IMG/VR virus record: IMGVR_UViG_3300031853_000030
Length of the DNA stretch: 64,000 nt
Source of the DNA: a virus
Reading direction: 5' to 3' (one strand)
Shown: positions 39,998 to 50,821 of the stretch, piece after piece
Position numbering within the stretch: the stretch's first letter is position 1
How the letters are laid out: each line of letters opens with the position of its first letter
Notes under the pieces: model-generated
Seen by the model: the letters and a program-made list of their open reading frames with translations, nothing else
The model's database searches: none
What the model was told of the DNA's origin: nothing
Made by a program: the position numbers and the translations under genes

Positions 39998-41241
39998 AGA
40001 TAATACAAGTTTTTTCAAATTTTACGGGAACTGGCCAAACTGCATATGTTATTGCTTTACATAATGAATTAGTTCGTCAAGGACATGATGTAAAAATGTT
40101 CCATTTTTCAAAGAATGATACTATTTCATTTGACACATCAGCATTAAATTTACATCATAAAGAATTTTGTCAAGAAACTTATGATGAAATGAATCAGGCA
40201 GATGTAATTTTAATCAATGGTTTGGTTCATAAAAAAGAAGCACAAGAATATCAAGATGCTTATTTGGATATGTTGCAATATCATGTAACAACCAGAAAAG
40301 TTTTATTTATTCACTCACATATTTATAACTCTTGGTCAAGAGCTAACTATACACAACGTCTTGTAACAAAGGAATTTTTATGTGCAATGGATAAGATTTG
40401 TGGTTTTACGCCTGATAATCTTGTAATGAAGAAATTTATTAGTGTTATGGGACAAGAAGAATTTGATAAACGATTTGTTCATTTACTTCTTCCTCATACA
40501 TTTAATAAAGACCTTTGGGTAGATGTCAACAAGAAGCAAAAGAAAATTTCATATTTAGGTCGTTTAGTACGTCTAAAGGATCCTGAAAGACTTATTGATA
40601 TGAGAAATGAGCTTTGGGATAATGGTTGGCAAATTGAAATGAGAGGTGTTGTACGTTCAATTGGTGCATTATCATTCCGTAATCTTTGTTTTAATTTCGA
40701 TGAAAATGGAAATATGACAAAAGAGCCAAGTGATGCAACATTATTCTTGACAGGTAAACTTAAAGAAAAGTATGGACTTGATAAGAAAGATGAAGTTTGT
40801 ATTGACTTAAATAGTACAGATAGAAAGATATTTGTATTTGGACGATACCAACTTGCAGATGGATTGAAAGCTATGGCTATGCAATCATTTGGTGTAGACT
40901 TCTTTAATTTAAGTACTCATGCTTATGGTGATACAATTGAATATGCTATTTATGATATTGTAAATTGTGGTACAATTCCAGTACTTGATGAAGAAATGGG
41001 TAAGCATATTCATTTATATGAAAATGGAAAGCGTATTGACAAGACACTTTATAGTGAAAATGCAGGTATATTCATAAAGGCAGATTTGTCAAATGTAAAT
41101 GAAGCAATTCAACAAATGAATGAATTGTATAATGACAAATCTAAGTATGAAGCTTTTAGAGAGAATTGTTTTAATGTATATAAAGAATTTGCAAATCCTG
41201 AATGGATTGTTAATAATTTACTTTCTGATATTATGAAATAA
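39994..41241 (+). CDS. DNA alpha-glucosyltransferase homologue (T4 AGT-like, GT-B)
   Basis: G.G.T at the N-terminus, GHDV, DVILIN, HSH, YLGR...KD, MRG..RS, IEY......CGTIPV and Y...RE are collinear with T4 AGT as I recall it. Confidence 0.8.
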   Translation: MKIIQVFSNFTGTGQTAYVIALHNELVRQGHDVKMFHFSKNDTISFDTSALNLHHKEFCQETYDEMNQADVILINGLVHKKEAQEYQDAYLDMLQYHVTTRKVLFIHSHIYNSWSRANYTQRLVTKEFLCAMDKICGFTPDNLVMKKFISVMGQEEFDKRFVHLLLPHTFNKDLWVDVNKKQKKISYLGRLVRLKDPERLIDMRNELWDNGWQIEMRGVVRSIGALSFRNLCFNFDENGNMTKEPSDATLFLTGKLKEKYGLDKKDEVCIDLNSTDRKIFVFGRYQLADGLKAMAMQSFGVDFFNLSTHAYGDTIEYAIYDIVNCGTIPVLDEEMGKHIHLYENGKRIDKTLYSENAGIFIKADLSNVNEAIQQMNELYNDKSKYEAFRENCFNVYKEFANPEWIVNNLLSDIMK

Positions 41242-41242
41242 G

Positions 41243-41269
41243 AAATGGAGGTCATTTGACCTCCATTTT
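41243..41269. terminator. terminator closing the modification operon
   Basis: AAATGGAGGTCA-tt-TGACCTCCATTT. Confidence 0.85.
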
Positions 41270-41594
41270 ATTTGTTATATTTATTGTATTTTGATTTATT
41301 TGCAATGACTTGTTCTAATATCGATTTTAATTTATTGTAATAGTCTTTTTCATTATCTGCTTCAATATCATTGTCTACAAAATTTACAAATTCATTTAAG
41401 TGTAACTTGAGTGAGTTTGTTTCGTCTATATATGTTTTTAGTTTGTTAATATTTATGATATGATCAGTTTTACATTTTGAAATTAACTCGATAAATTCTT
41501 GTCGTTCTTCGTCATTTCTTTCTAACCACATATCAATCATATAAAGCAAATTATCGTCCAATTCTTCTTTAATGATCTGTGTCAATGTCTTCAT
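41268..41594 (-). CDS. putative internal virion protein
   Basis: MKTLTQIIKEE N-terminus. Confidence 0.55.
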   Translation of the reverse strand: MKTLTQIIKEELDDNLLYMIDMWLERNDEERQEFIELISKCKTDHIININKLKTYIDETNSLKLHLNEFVNFVDNDIEADNEKDYYNKLKSILEQVIANKSKYNKYNK

Positions 41595-42279
41595 ATTTAG
41601 CGTACATTATTTTTACTTTTTTATCTTCACTTTCAAAAACTTCTTTGAAACCTATGTTGTTATATAACTCTTTACTTTTTGCTTCTGTAAAGTTTATAGT
41701 AAAACCTTTTGATTGAGATGTGGAATTAGCTTCCAATTTTTCTTTAGCGTGCTTAATTAAAACACGTCCTAAACCCTTTTCACGATATTTTGGATCAACT
41801 TCTAATGCAAATATGTGTGCGTAATTTTTAAATTGTTCAAATTGTTCTGCTATAGGCGATTTATCACCCGCAACATAAACTAAAATAGCTGGAATTTGTT
41901 GTGCCTTTTCATCTTCAGCAACAATTACTTTTATATCATTTTTTCTATCGGCATATTTTTGGACAGCCTCTTTACTCTTTTTCATATCTTGAGATAATTG
42001 TAACTGTTGCAATTTACTATATTCATAATCAACAATTTTTATTGTAGTCTTTTTAGAATCATTTGTATTGTCATCCTCAACATCATCAGAGTAACTACCA
42101 TTATATGATGAAGATGATTTGTTTTCTTTTTCTTTCTTTTTATTCTTGCGAGTTATCCATTTCCAAAGTTTTTTAATACCATTCATAATAGCATTTTCAT
42201 TGATGGTCTCATTATCTAAAATTTCAACCATTGACTCGTTAATGGCATAATCAATTATATAGTCATTTAAATTGTTCAT
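41569..42279 (-). CDS. GNAT acetyltransferase with capsid-targeting-like N-terminus
   Basis: HIFALEVDPKYREKGLGRVLI (motif A) and ELYNNIGF; N-terminus MNNLNDYI..AINE..TINE. Confidence 0.8.
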   Translation of the reverse strand: MNNLNDYIIDYAINESMVEILDNETINENAIMNGIKKLWKWITRKNKKKEKENKSSSSYNGSYSDDVEDDNTNDSKKTTIKIVDYEYSKLQQLQLSQDMKKSKEAVQKYADRKNDIKVIVAEDEKAQQIPAILVYVAGDKSPIAEQFEQFKNYAHIFALEVDPKYREKGLGRVLIKHAKEKLEANSTSQSKGFTINFTEAKSKELYNNIGFKEVFESEDKKVKIMYAKYEDIDTDH

Positions 42280-42953
42280 AATTTATAAGTCAAAATATCT
42301 TTATTGTCTTTCATCGATGAAAAACCAAGTTTTGTTAAAATGGCTTTCATTTTTGGATGAATTGGTTTTGCAGTCAAACCAGCATATTTACCTTGTTTAT
42401 TAAGTGTATGTAAAGCCCAGTCATTTAACATCGCCTTAAGTAATGGTGTTGAATCTTTAACACATAACGAAGCTTCAATACCTACAATATGGGCAAAATT
42501 ATCAACATAACTTACACTTGTATCATATAAAATTATTCCCACAAAATATGTTGGATCAATAGAATCAGTTGTTTGCTTATTAGTTTCCTCTTCAGCTTTA
42601 GCTTCATTTTTTTCTTGAGGAGGTCTATACCAATAAGGCATTATTTCAGGTTTTAACTCTTTTTCTTCTTCACCACTGTCATCAATTAAATATTTATTAG
42701 GCATACGAAACATTTGATTTGTTACTGTAAAACCAATTTGCTTGTCTGACATAATCTTTTTAACAGTTTGATCATTTGCAAAATCATCAAATTGGAATGA
42801 CTTTTGTGGTTTATTCAATTGTTTAACATCTACATCAAGAGGTTCTAACTTATTGTCTTTAATAAGTTTTTGCATAGTATCATATACTTCTTGTAGCCAT
42901 GCAATCATATCTCTTTTTAATGCTTCACAAATAAATTGTCGCAAATTTTTCAT
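42276..42953 (-). CDS. putative virion protein, possible degenerate GNAT fold
   Basis: Likely start MKNLRQFICEA at 42953; AHIVGIE...KAILTKLGF parallels the neighbouring GNAT. Confidence 0.5.
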   Translation of the reverse strand: MKNLRQFICEALKRDMIAWLQEVYDTMQKLIKDNKLEPLDVDVKQLNKPQKSFQFDDFANDQTVKKIMSDKQIGFTVTNQMFRMPNKYLIDDSGEEEKELKPEIMPYWYRPPQEKNEAKAEEETNKQTTDSIDPTYFVGIILYDTSVSYVDNFAHIVGIEASLCVKDSTPLLKAMLNDWALHTLNKQGKYAGLTAKPIHPKMKAILTKLGFSSMKDNKDILTYKL

Positions 42954-42960
42954 ATAATAT

Positions 42961-43003
42961 TTGAATATTCTCTGATTATTACTATATTGTATATATAAAA
43001 ATA
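42961..43003. promoter_or_regulatory. overlapping divergent promoters (early on +, TATTTTTA on -)
   Basis: TTGAA-N16-CTATATTG at 42961-42989 and TAAAAATA at 42996-43003, in a 59-nt gap between divergent genes. Confidence 0.6.
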
Positions 43004-43012
43004 ACAATAATT

Positions 43013-44963
43013 ATGGTTACAAAAGCAGATTTTCAAAGTTATTATGCAGCTCAAATGAGCGGAATGTACAACATGGTTATGGATGCTCATCAGGTAATGA
43101 GTATTTATGGTATTGAGAAAGATACATATTGGGAGATTATTCGCAATTATAAGAAGTACTATAACGAATTTATTGGTTAATTATGCTCGTACAGACTAAA
43201 ACATTTTACAATGCAGTGATTGATGGAGATTTATTTTTCACTATTTATGATTATCTCCGTTTTCATCCTCGCGAAGTAAAAGAATATTATAATATTAAGA
43301 CTACTGATGACTTTGACAATCTTACATTAGAAGATTGGAAAGATCTTGCAGAGGATGCTATTTATTGGCTTGAGCATACTCAACTTCCTACCGTAAATAA
43401 GTTAACAAATGATGATCCATCACCTACTATGGAGACTTGGGGAACTCTTTATTATCAGACTTGTAACTATCTCGGTATTAGAGAAGTAGGTGAACCTACA
43501 TTACGTAGTAGAGATTTGAATGGAACTGTTAAGGCGTGCATCAATTGTATTGAATATCTTAAAGAAAAGATGGATGAAATTCGTGAAGTAACTGATGAGG
43601 ATTTAGAGAATATTTGATATGGTTAGACGAATTAATAGAAAAATTAAACGTGGTACACTTGGGCATCGTGAAGATCCAATGGTAATTGAATATGAAAATA
43701 AATATCATATTGGTCATGGTTTAGTATTTCAAGTGTTAAGGACATATGGAGATTGTAAATATTCTCATGATTTATGTGCTAAAATTGCAGAATTTCGAAA
43801 GAATAACAAATGTTCTGGTGTCAGATTTGATGATATTATATTGAAAATAGGAGAATGAAAAGAATAAAAATAATTGGAGAAAATTATCCTGAAGTAGGAG
43901 AAAAATTCTATTGGAAGGATTGCGATGGTGAAATGCATGATGACATTTGCCTAAAGATTGAAAAGGATCCTGATGGTAATGTAGAAACAAATTATTTCAC
44001 ATATATTGATGAGAATGGTGGTGGAGTATTTATATCCGAAAGTGCTCTTGTTAACCCACTAGATATAGCTATTCGAATTTATGAAGAGAAAAAGGCTAAA
44101 GCTAAAGTAAAAGAAATTGCACAATATCTTTCACAAGAGGAAGTACGTAATATTTTATATTCTAAACTTCGTAAAAATTGGTATGATGAAGATACCGCAA
44201 GTCATATTTTAGATATTTTGACAGATTATGATAATTAAAACCGCACATGGAAAACGAGTAGGAATCCATGCTAAAGAAAATATAAAATATAAGCCATTTG
44301 GAATTTATATTACACGACCAGAAATTCCACCATTTGGAAGAGGTAAATACATAAAAGGTATTTATTATCTGAATTTTAGATGGAAATTGGATATTTTTCA
44401 AATAATGTTTAATTTTAGAAAGTCATGAATAAATCACTTTATTTTATAGAATGCACTGCTAATGATGATGTAGTATTTGATAATGGTTGGGCAAATTGTA
44501 AATTTGGACAAGATAACAATTTGATTAAAACTATTTATAAGAAGGGTGATGTTGTGTATTTTAACCCTAACGCATCATCTAATGAAGCATATGTTGGATA
44601 TGGCAAAGATAGAAATCCATATCAATATTGGAATCATGGTCATCTGCCATTCACACGTCAAAAAAGATATGCTAAGAAATGGCAAATTAAAGAATATGCT
44701 AATAAAAATGCTCGACTAATAAATAGTGTTGGTCAATTTACAGCAGTTGTAAAAGAAATTAAACTTACATACACTGAAACAGAAGTATGAGTATAGCTGA
44801 AAACCTTAGAAAGCATTTTGAAAATACACCAAGAGAAGAACTTGACAAAGAGTGGGAAGAACTTAAGCACTGGAATGAAATAGGTCCTACTTGTGAAGAA
44901 TATTTTGCTTGGTTAAAAGAAGCAGGTTTATATCCTAAGAAAAATGAAAGTAATATTTCTTGA
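43013..44963 (+). other. early hypothetical CDSs (43013-43180 [not in track], 43183-43617, 43619-43858, 43855-44238, 44228-44428, 44425-44790, 44787-44963 [not in track])
   Basis: Packed ORFs following the early promoter. Confidence 0.65.
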
Positions 44964-45513
44964 TTTTGATGGAGTCATTACAATTCCTCCAAAGTGGTAT
45001 CTAAAAGCTGATTTAATAAAAAATGTTAAAAAGATAGTAGATGCCACTGGGGCAAAAATTGTAGTGTCTTCATCGTGGCGTCATGATACAGTAGAACAAA
45101 CAATTGAAACTATGATTGGTCGTCCCAAAAGATGTCCAAGAAATAGAATGCTTAATTGGCTTATTGACAATTTATATGATGTAACGCATACATATAGAGG
45201 ACTTCGCGGTGATGAAATTAAAGATTGGCTCGATGAACATTCTGATGTGGAAAATTATGTTATTATAGATGATGATGGTGATATGAGAGATGATCAGTTA
45301 TATCATTTTGTACAAACAAATTTTGAAGATGGTTTAACTGAAGTTGAAACAAATCGAGCAATTAAAGTACTTAATAAAAAGTATTTCCAAAATTCAATGG
45401 CACTTAATTTTACATTAAGACATGAACATTTAAAATTTTGTGAAGGACTTCCAAATAAATGTGAAGAATTGGCTAAATATAATGACCTTTGTAAAGATGG
45501 AGACAACAGATAA
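44944..45513 (+). CDS. HAD-superfamily protein (HAD_SAK_2-like)
   Basis: IFLDFDGVI, IVVSSSWR, RGDEI..WL and YVIIDDDGD. Confidence 0.85.
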   Translation: MKVIFLDFDGVITIPPKWYLKADLIKNVKKIVDATGAKIVVSSSWRHDTVEQTIETMIGRPKRCPRNRMLNWLIDNLYDVTHTYRGLRGDEIKDWLDEHSDVENYVIIDDDGDMRDDQLYHFVQTNFEDGLTEVETNRAIKVLNKKYFQNSMALNFTLRHEHLKFCEGLPNKCEELAKYNDLCKDGDNR

Positions 45514-46923
45514 TAAACGACCTACACGTAAAGAAGATTACACAGAAAAAATTAAGCATTTAATGAAATTGAGTGGTCAAGCTACAGGACCATGTATTGA
45601 TTTTATTGAATTTGTTTCAAAATATCTTGATGGATGTGGTTATTTTATGGGTGACTTTAATATTCATAACTTACCTACTCCTAAAGATTTTATCAAATAT
45701 TCAGAACGCGATTTTGGAACTTGGCTTTTAGATATGGCTCTTCAATATAATATGGAGCAAGGACTTGAATATGAATGTAAATTTATAAGAGATAGACATG
45801 AAGATAACAGATTATAAAGTTGGTTATTCTTTTGAAATATATTGTGCAAAAAGTTTAAGAAGAATAAATGGCGAATTAACTGAACAAATCATATATGATA
45901 GTTTTGATATCCAGAAAGAACATGCATATATGTGGGCAAGAAAACCTGAAGATATTGTCAAAGTAAAAGCAACAATAATTGAGGAAGATGTCATTATTGA
46001 CAAGATATTTAAAAAAGATTCAGGATATGATACAAATCAAGTTGACTATTTTGGTTGGATTGATTTTGAACATAATGAACCAGTAAGCATATCTATGATC
46101 TATCCAAATATTAAACAATATTTTGTATGTTTTCCTGATGGTCCAGATGCTAATAGATTTTGGAAGTTTGATTTTATAAAGTTTGATTATGATACTGGTG
46201 ATAAAACTATTGAGCATTTAGTTGGTGATAGGAGAGGTATGACAGTTAGATTGAAAATCGACGAGATTTAGACTATATTATTTTAATATAAAAAAGAAAT
46301 TTAAGACATGAATTACATTAAAAAGCATTGGAAAGAAATTTTAATTGTATTGTTAGTTGTATTTAGTTTAAATAAATGCACAGTAGCATGCAATAGATAC
46401 ACAAAGATTAATAAACAAGAAGTTGAGTTAGTACAAAAAGATTCAATTATTAAAGTTCAATCAGATTCACTTAAGGCATTTTCAATTCGTTGGGAAGAGA
46501 ATCAACGTGGACAAGCAAATTATCAAAACCTTGCAGTAGGTACAAAGGAAGAATTAGTTAATACAATTGGTGAAATGAAAAACACTATTGAATTTATGAC
46601 AAATAAAATTCAAACATTAACTAATGAGAATACACAATTAAAGAAAGAAAATAAGCAATTAAAAGAACAATTAAATAATAAGTAATATGTTTGCAGATTT
46701 CAAATCACAGTTTATTTGGTGTATTATTTGTACATTTTTGACAGGATTTTTGTGTGGATCAGCAGTAACAATGATTGATTTACATGAACCATTGAAAGTT
46801 ATTCTTGTTAATTCGACATTTGCTATAATTGGAATTATTTGTACAATATTGTATTGGAAAACAATCTTTAGTAGATTAAAGTTACAAGATAAAATTAATT
46901 CGATTTTTACAGATATAGATTGA
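45440..46923 (+). other. hypothetical CDSs (~45497-45817, 45798-46271, 46308-46685 [TM plus coiled coil], 46687-46923 [two TM])
   Basis: ORF track; hydrophobic segments. Confidence 0.6.
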
Positions 46924-46924
46924 C

Positions 46925-47143
46925 ATGAGTAAACAAAATGCACTTTCATTAGAAGGGACAGTAATTGAGGCATTGGCAAATTCAATGTTTCGTGTGGAGT
47001 TAGATAATGGACATGAAGTTATGTGCCACATTTCAGGAAAAATACGAATAAACAACATTCGAATTATGGCAGGTGATAGAGTTCGTATTGCTATGAGTCC
47101 TTATGATTTGACAAAAGGAAGAATTGAAGTAAGATTAAAGTAA
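46925..47143 (+). CDS. infA: translation initiation factor IF-1
   Basis: 72 aa, [38 protein letters not shown]...[10 protein letters not shown]. Confidence 0.95.
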   Translation: MSKQNALSLEGTVIEALANSMFRVELDNGHEVMCHISGKIRINNIRIMAGDRVRIAMSPYDLTKGRIEVRLK

Positions 47144-47317
47144 TATGTGGGAAAGATTATATCAATTTATGCATCGTGTTAATAGGATGATTGAATTACA
47201 TCCTAATGAAAAACACTTTGATCTTGAAATGGATATAGATTTATATCATTTCGCAAATAAAATTGGGTTTATTCCGGATAGTGGAATATTCAAATTTAAA
47301 GATAGAACATTCGCATT

Positions 47318-48058
47318 ATGCTAATCGAAAATAAGATATATAATGAAGATTGCTTGTCAGGGATGCAACAGATTCCTGACAAGTGTGTCTCATGTATTTT
47401 AACAGACCCACCATATAATACGACAAATTGCGATTGGGAGACTGATGTAGATTTAGAAGCATTATGGAATGAATGGAAAAGAGTTCTTAAAGATAATGGT
47501 GTTGTTCTTATATTTGGATCAGAACCATTTTCATCAAAAGTACGTCTATCAAATTTGAATTGGTATAAATATGACTTATATTGGGTAAAAGAAAAGCCTG
47601 TTAATTTTTTCCAACTTAAACGCAGATATGGAAAGACTACTGAAAACATAATGGTCTTTTATAAAGAGCAACCAACATATAACCCTCAAATGGTCAAATA
47701 CGAAGGTAAGAAGGTTACAAATGCAACTAAAAAATCACATTCGTCAGTAACAACAGGAATATCAAAATCAACTATTAAACCTTATGAAGATACTGGTTGG
47801 AGATACCCAACAGATATTCTTCGATTTAATAGAGAAAAATTAGGTTCAACTATACATGAAACTCAAAAACCTCTTGAATTAGCAAAACATCTAATTAAGA
47901 CTTTTACTAATGAAGGAGATTTAGTTTTAGATTGTTTTTCGGGTAGTGGAACTTTTTCATTAGCAAGTTCTATATTAAATAGGAATTATATAGCATTTGA
48001 GAAAGATACTGATATATACAATAAATCTATTAAACGATTAGAAGAATATGAAAGTTAA
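47318..48058 (+). CDS. site-specific DNA methyltransferase, N4-C/N6-A (beta class)
   Basis: LTDPPY, HETQKP and LDCFSGSGT. Confidence 0.9.
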   Translation: MLIENKIYNEDCLSGMQQIPDKCVSCILTDPPYNTTNCDWETDVDLEALWNEWKRVLKDNGVVLIFGSEPFSSKVRLSNLNWYKYDLYWVKEKPVNFFQLKRRYGKTTENIMVFYKEQPTYNPQMVKYEGKKVTNATKKSHSSVTTGISKSTIKPYEDTGWRYPTDILRFNREKLGSTIHETQKPLELAKHLIKTFTNEGDLVLDCFSGSGTFSLASSILNRNYIAFEKDTDIYNKSIKRLEEYES

Positions 48059-50752
48059 AGATTTAATGGGGTTGAATCCTGAAGCAGAAATTATAGTAGT
48101 TGATAAGTTTGGTCTTCAATTTGAAGGTAAGTTATCTTATGGATGGAATGCTGGTGGAGATTGTGAGCCTGGAACAGATACTAAAGCAACAGCTAAAGAG
48201 GTTTGCATATTTCTTGGTGATACATCTGAACTAACACAATGTGCATCATGAAAACATTTTATCTAAAACAAATTCGTAAGAAAATTTATGAACGATATGA
48301 AGTTCGTAAAAGTGATGCAGTAAATGCAGGAGATAAGCCTTGGTGCATATATACTGGACCTAAAACTTGTTTAGCATATTATAATTATGCAACTAAAGAA
48401 GAGGCCGTAAATGCTATGAAACAATTTTGGTGGGAAGAAGCAGATAAATTTCTTTGGGAACATAAAGAAAAGAAAAAACAAAATAAATATCCTTGGTAAT
48501 ATGAAAATAGAATTAAAATTGGTTATAGATCAATTAACAGAATTGCTTAATCTTTCGGGTAATCGTAAAGTTTCAGCAGTAATTAATGAAGAATATGACA
48601 ATGAATTTCTTGGTTGGTGCTTAGTTAGACAAGAAGAAGATGGAACAATCGTTCCACAATTAGGTACAAGAGTTCCTACAATTAAAGAATTATACGATAA
48701 TTTCAATGAAAATAACAATTGACACAAAAACTGGCGAAATTAAGTCACAAGGCAAATTATTTCAAGAATTAGATGAAGTTAAAAGAAATGTTGCCGAAAG
48801 TTTTGTTCGTGATTTTCTTCGTAAAAATACACAGTTGACTGATTATGAAGAAGATTGTATGTGGATGTCATATCGTTATTGTATTGGCAGACATACAATA
48901 GCATCACATATGCATGCAGGTTCTATTTGGAGAAATTGTCAACATAGAATGTCTTCAGAACGTCAGTTATTTACAGCATTTGATATTAATCGAGAAATTG
49001 AAAATAATTTAGCATTTATGAAGCCATATTTTCATTTTCCATTGACATCTCTTAATCGTATTTATACACCTGCTGTTGATATTGTATGTCAATTTATGGA
49101 AGACTATAATATTCAATCAGAAGCAGATTTCATAAAATATAGAGATGTTTATGTCAAACTTTATGATAATGAACGTGGTTATACATTTGAAACAGTGACA
49201 TGGGAAGAATATCTTAGACCAAGAGTTCATGAAATAATGAAGAAACATTTCAATAATGAAGCAATGCTTGAAGATTATGCATGGAAATGGTTTTTAGATT
49301 GGAGAGATAAGAAAGAACCTGCAATGAGTAAGGATTTATGTTCATCTTTTGAAGAAATTGCAAGAGATATGCCTAATCCTGAACATTATTACCTGCATGA
49401 TTTTGAAGACTTATTTGTTTGGAATGATTTAGTTCATTGTTTCGATTATGAACATTATCATAAGTCAATCCTTAAAGATGGATCTGAAGTTGAATGGTTT
49501 TGGTCATGGACAAATAAGACTGAAAAACGAGATGATGGTAATTATTATCGAACATTTGGTTATAAGAAAATTAGAGTTCCAGTAAATGAATGGAATGGAA
49601 ATATAACTACATATATTCCTGAAGAATCAATAAAAGAAGATATTTACTAATATGAAAGCAAAGTTTACTTGTCTTGAACCTGGAGATACTGTATGGGTTG
49701 TGTATAATGAAAATCATAAAGAATGGGATTATGCGAACCCATATAATGTTAAAGAAGTACTTAGATCTGCAACAGTTCTTCAAAATAAAAAGATTACAGT
49801 TGAAAGAAGTTCAAGTGATAGATATGATGATACTACTTGGACAGAAGTAGAAAATCATATTGAAATAGAAACTAGTTTGCAAAAATATAGTCGCAATTAT
49901 GATGACTTTTATGATAAGAGATCAAAAATGACAATGACTCCAGGTATTTGGTCTAATGGACCAACTCTTGAAGTATTTGTTAATAAAGTAGATGCAATTG
50001 AATATCTTGAGGCAATGTGTCAAAATAGAATTGCTGGACTTAAAGAAGAAATTGCAACTCGTCAAAAACAAATTGAACTTTGTGAACAATCAATTATAAA
50101 CGCTAAAAAAGACTATGAATAATGATTTAATTCTTGGTGGTGGAATACCAAATATCGGAGGACCAAAAATTGATCCTCGTGATTACAAGACTATAAAATG
50201 CCATCGCTGTGGTGGTATTGTATTTAAAAGTGCAGCAGTATTAAAGGAAATTCCTGGAACGGTTGTTGGGCAAGGAAGTGAACCTGTAGTTGTTCCACTT
50301 CAAATATTAGTATGCGATAACTGTGGAGAAATTTTAGAATCTGATGTAAAAGCATATAAACTTGAAAATGATTTAAAAAAGTCAACTGAAATATGAACAA
50401 TGAATTTTTAAAGAATAATCACCCAAGTGAATTAGATAAACAAGAGTCACATAACTTTACAATAGATGAAACACCAAAAGAAATTAAATTATTTAATCGT
50501 GATGGTGCTAATCTAAAGTTAATTTCTGAAGATGGTAGACTTTGGAAATTTGATGTTGATGAAAAACATAAATACATTCTCGAATATTGTAGAGTAGGTT
50601 ATCAAAAGGGTGATAAGGAAATTGATTTTATAGATCCTTCAGGTGGTCCTATGTTATCATGTGGCCAAAGATTAAGCAAGAATTATGTTATTGATTTTAT
50701 TATTGAAGTTGATGGTCAATTAATGATACATACTCAAGAGTTAGAAGCATAA
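48048..50752 (+). other. hypothetical CDSs (48048-48251, 48239-48499, 48501-48722, 48706-49650, 49652-50122, 50115-50396 [CxxC...CxxC zinc ribbon], 50393-50752)
   Basis: Packed ORFs. Confidence 0.65.
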
Positions 50753-50766
50753 TTTTTTAATATTGT

Positions 50767-50805
50767 TTGAATTTTTTCCAGTTATTTCTATATTATTTAT
50801 GTAAA
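50767..50805 (+). promoter_or_regulatory. phage early promoter
   Basis: TTGAA-N16-CTATATTATTTATGTAA. Confidence 0.8.
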
Positions 50806-50821
50806 CAAATACATAATTAAT

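Noticed and set aside
46308..46923. spanin/holin lysis cassette
   Set aside because: The topology fits loosely, but the genes are far from the endolysin, on the early/middle strand, and have no o-spanin partner; insufficient support.
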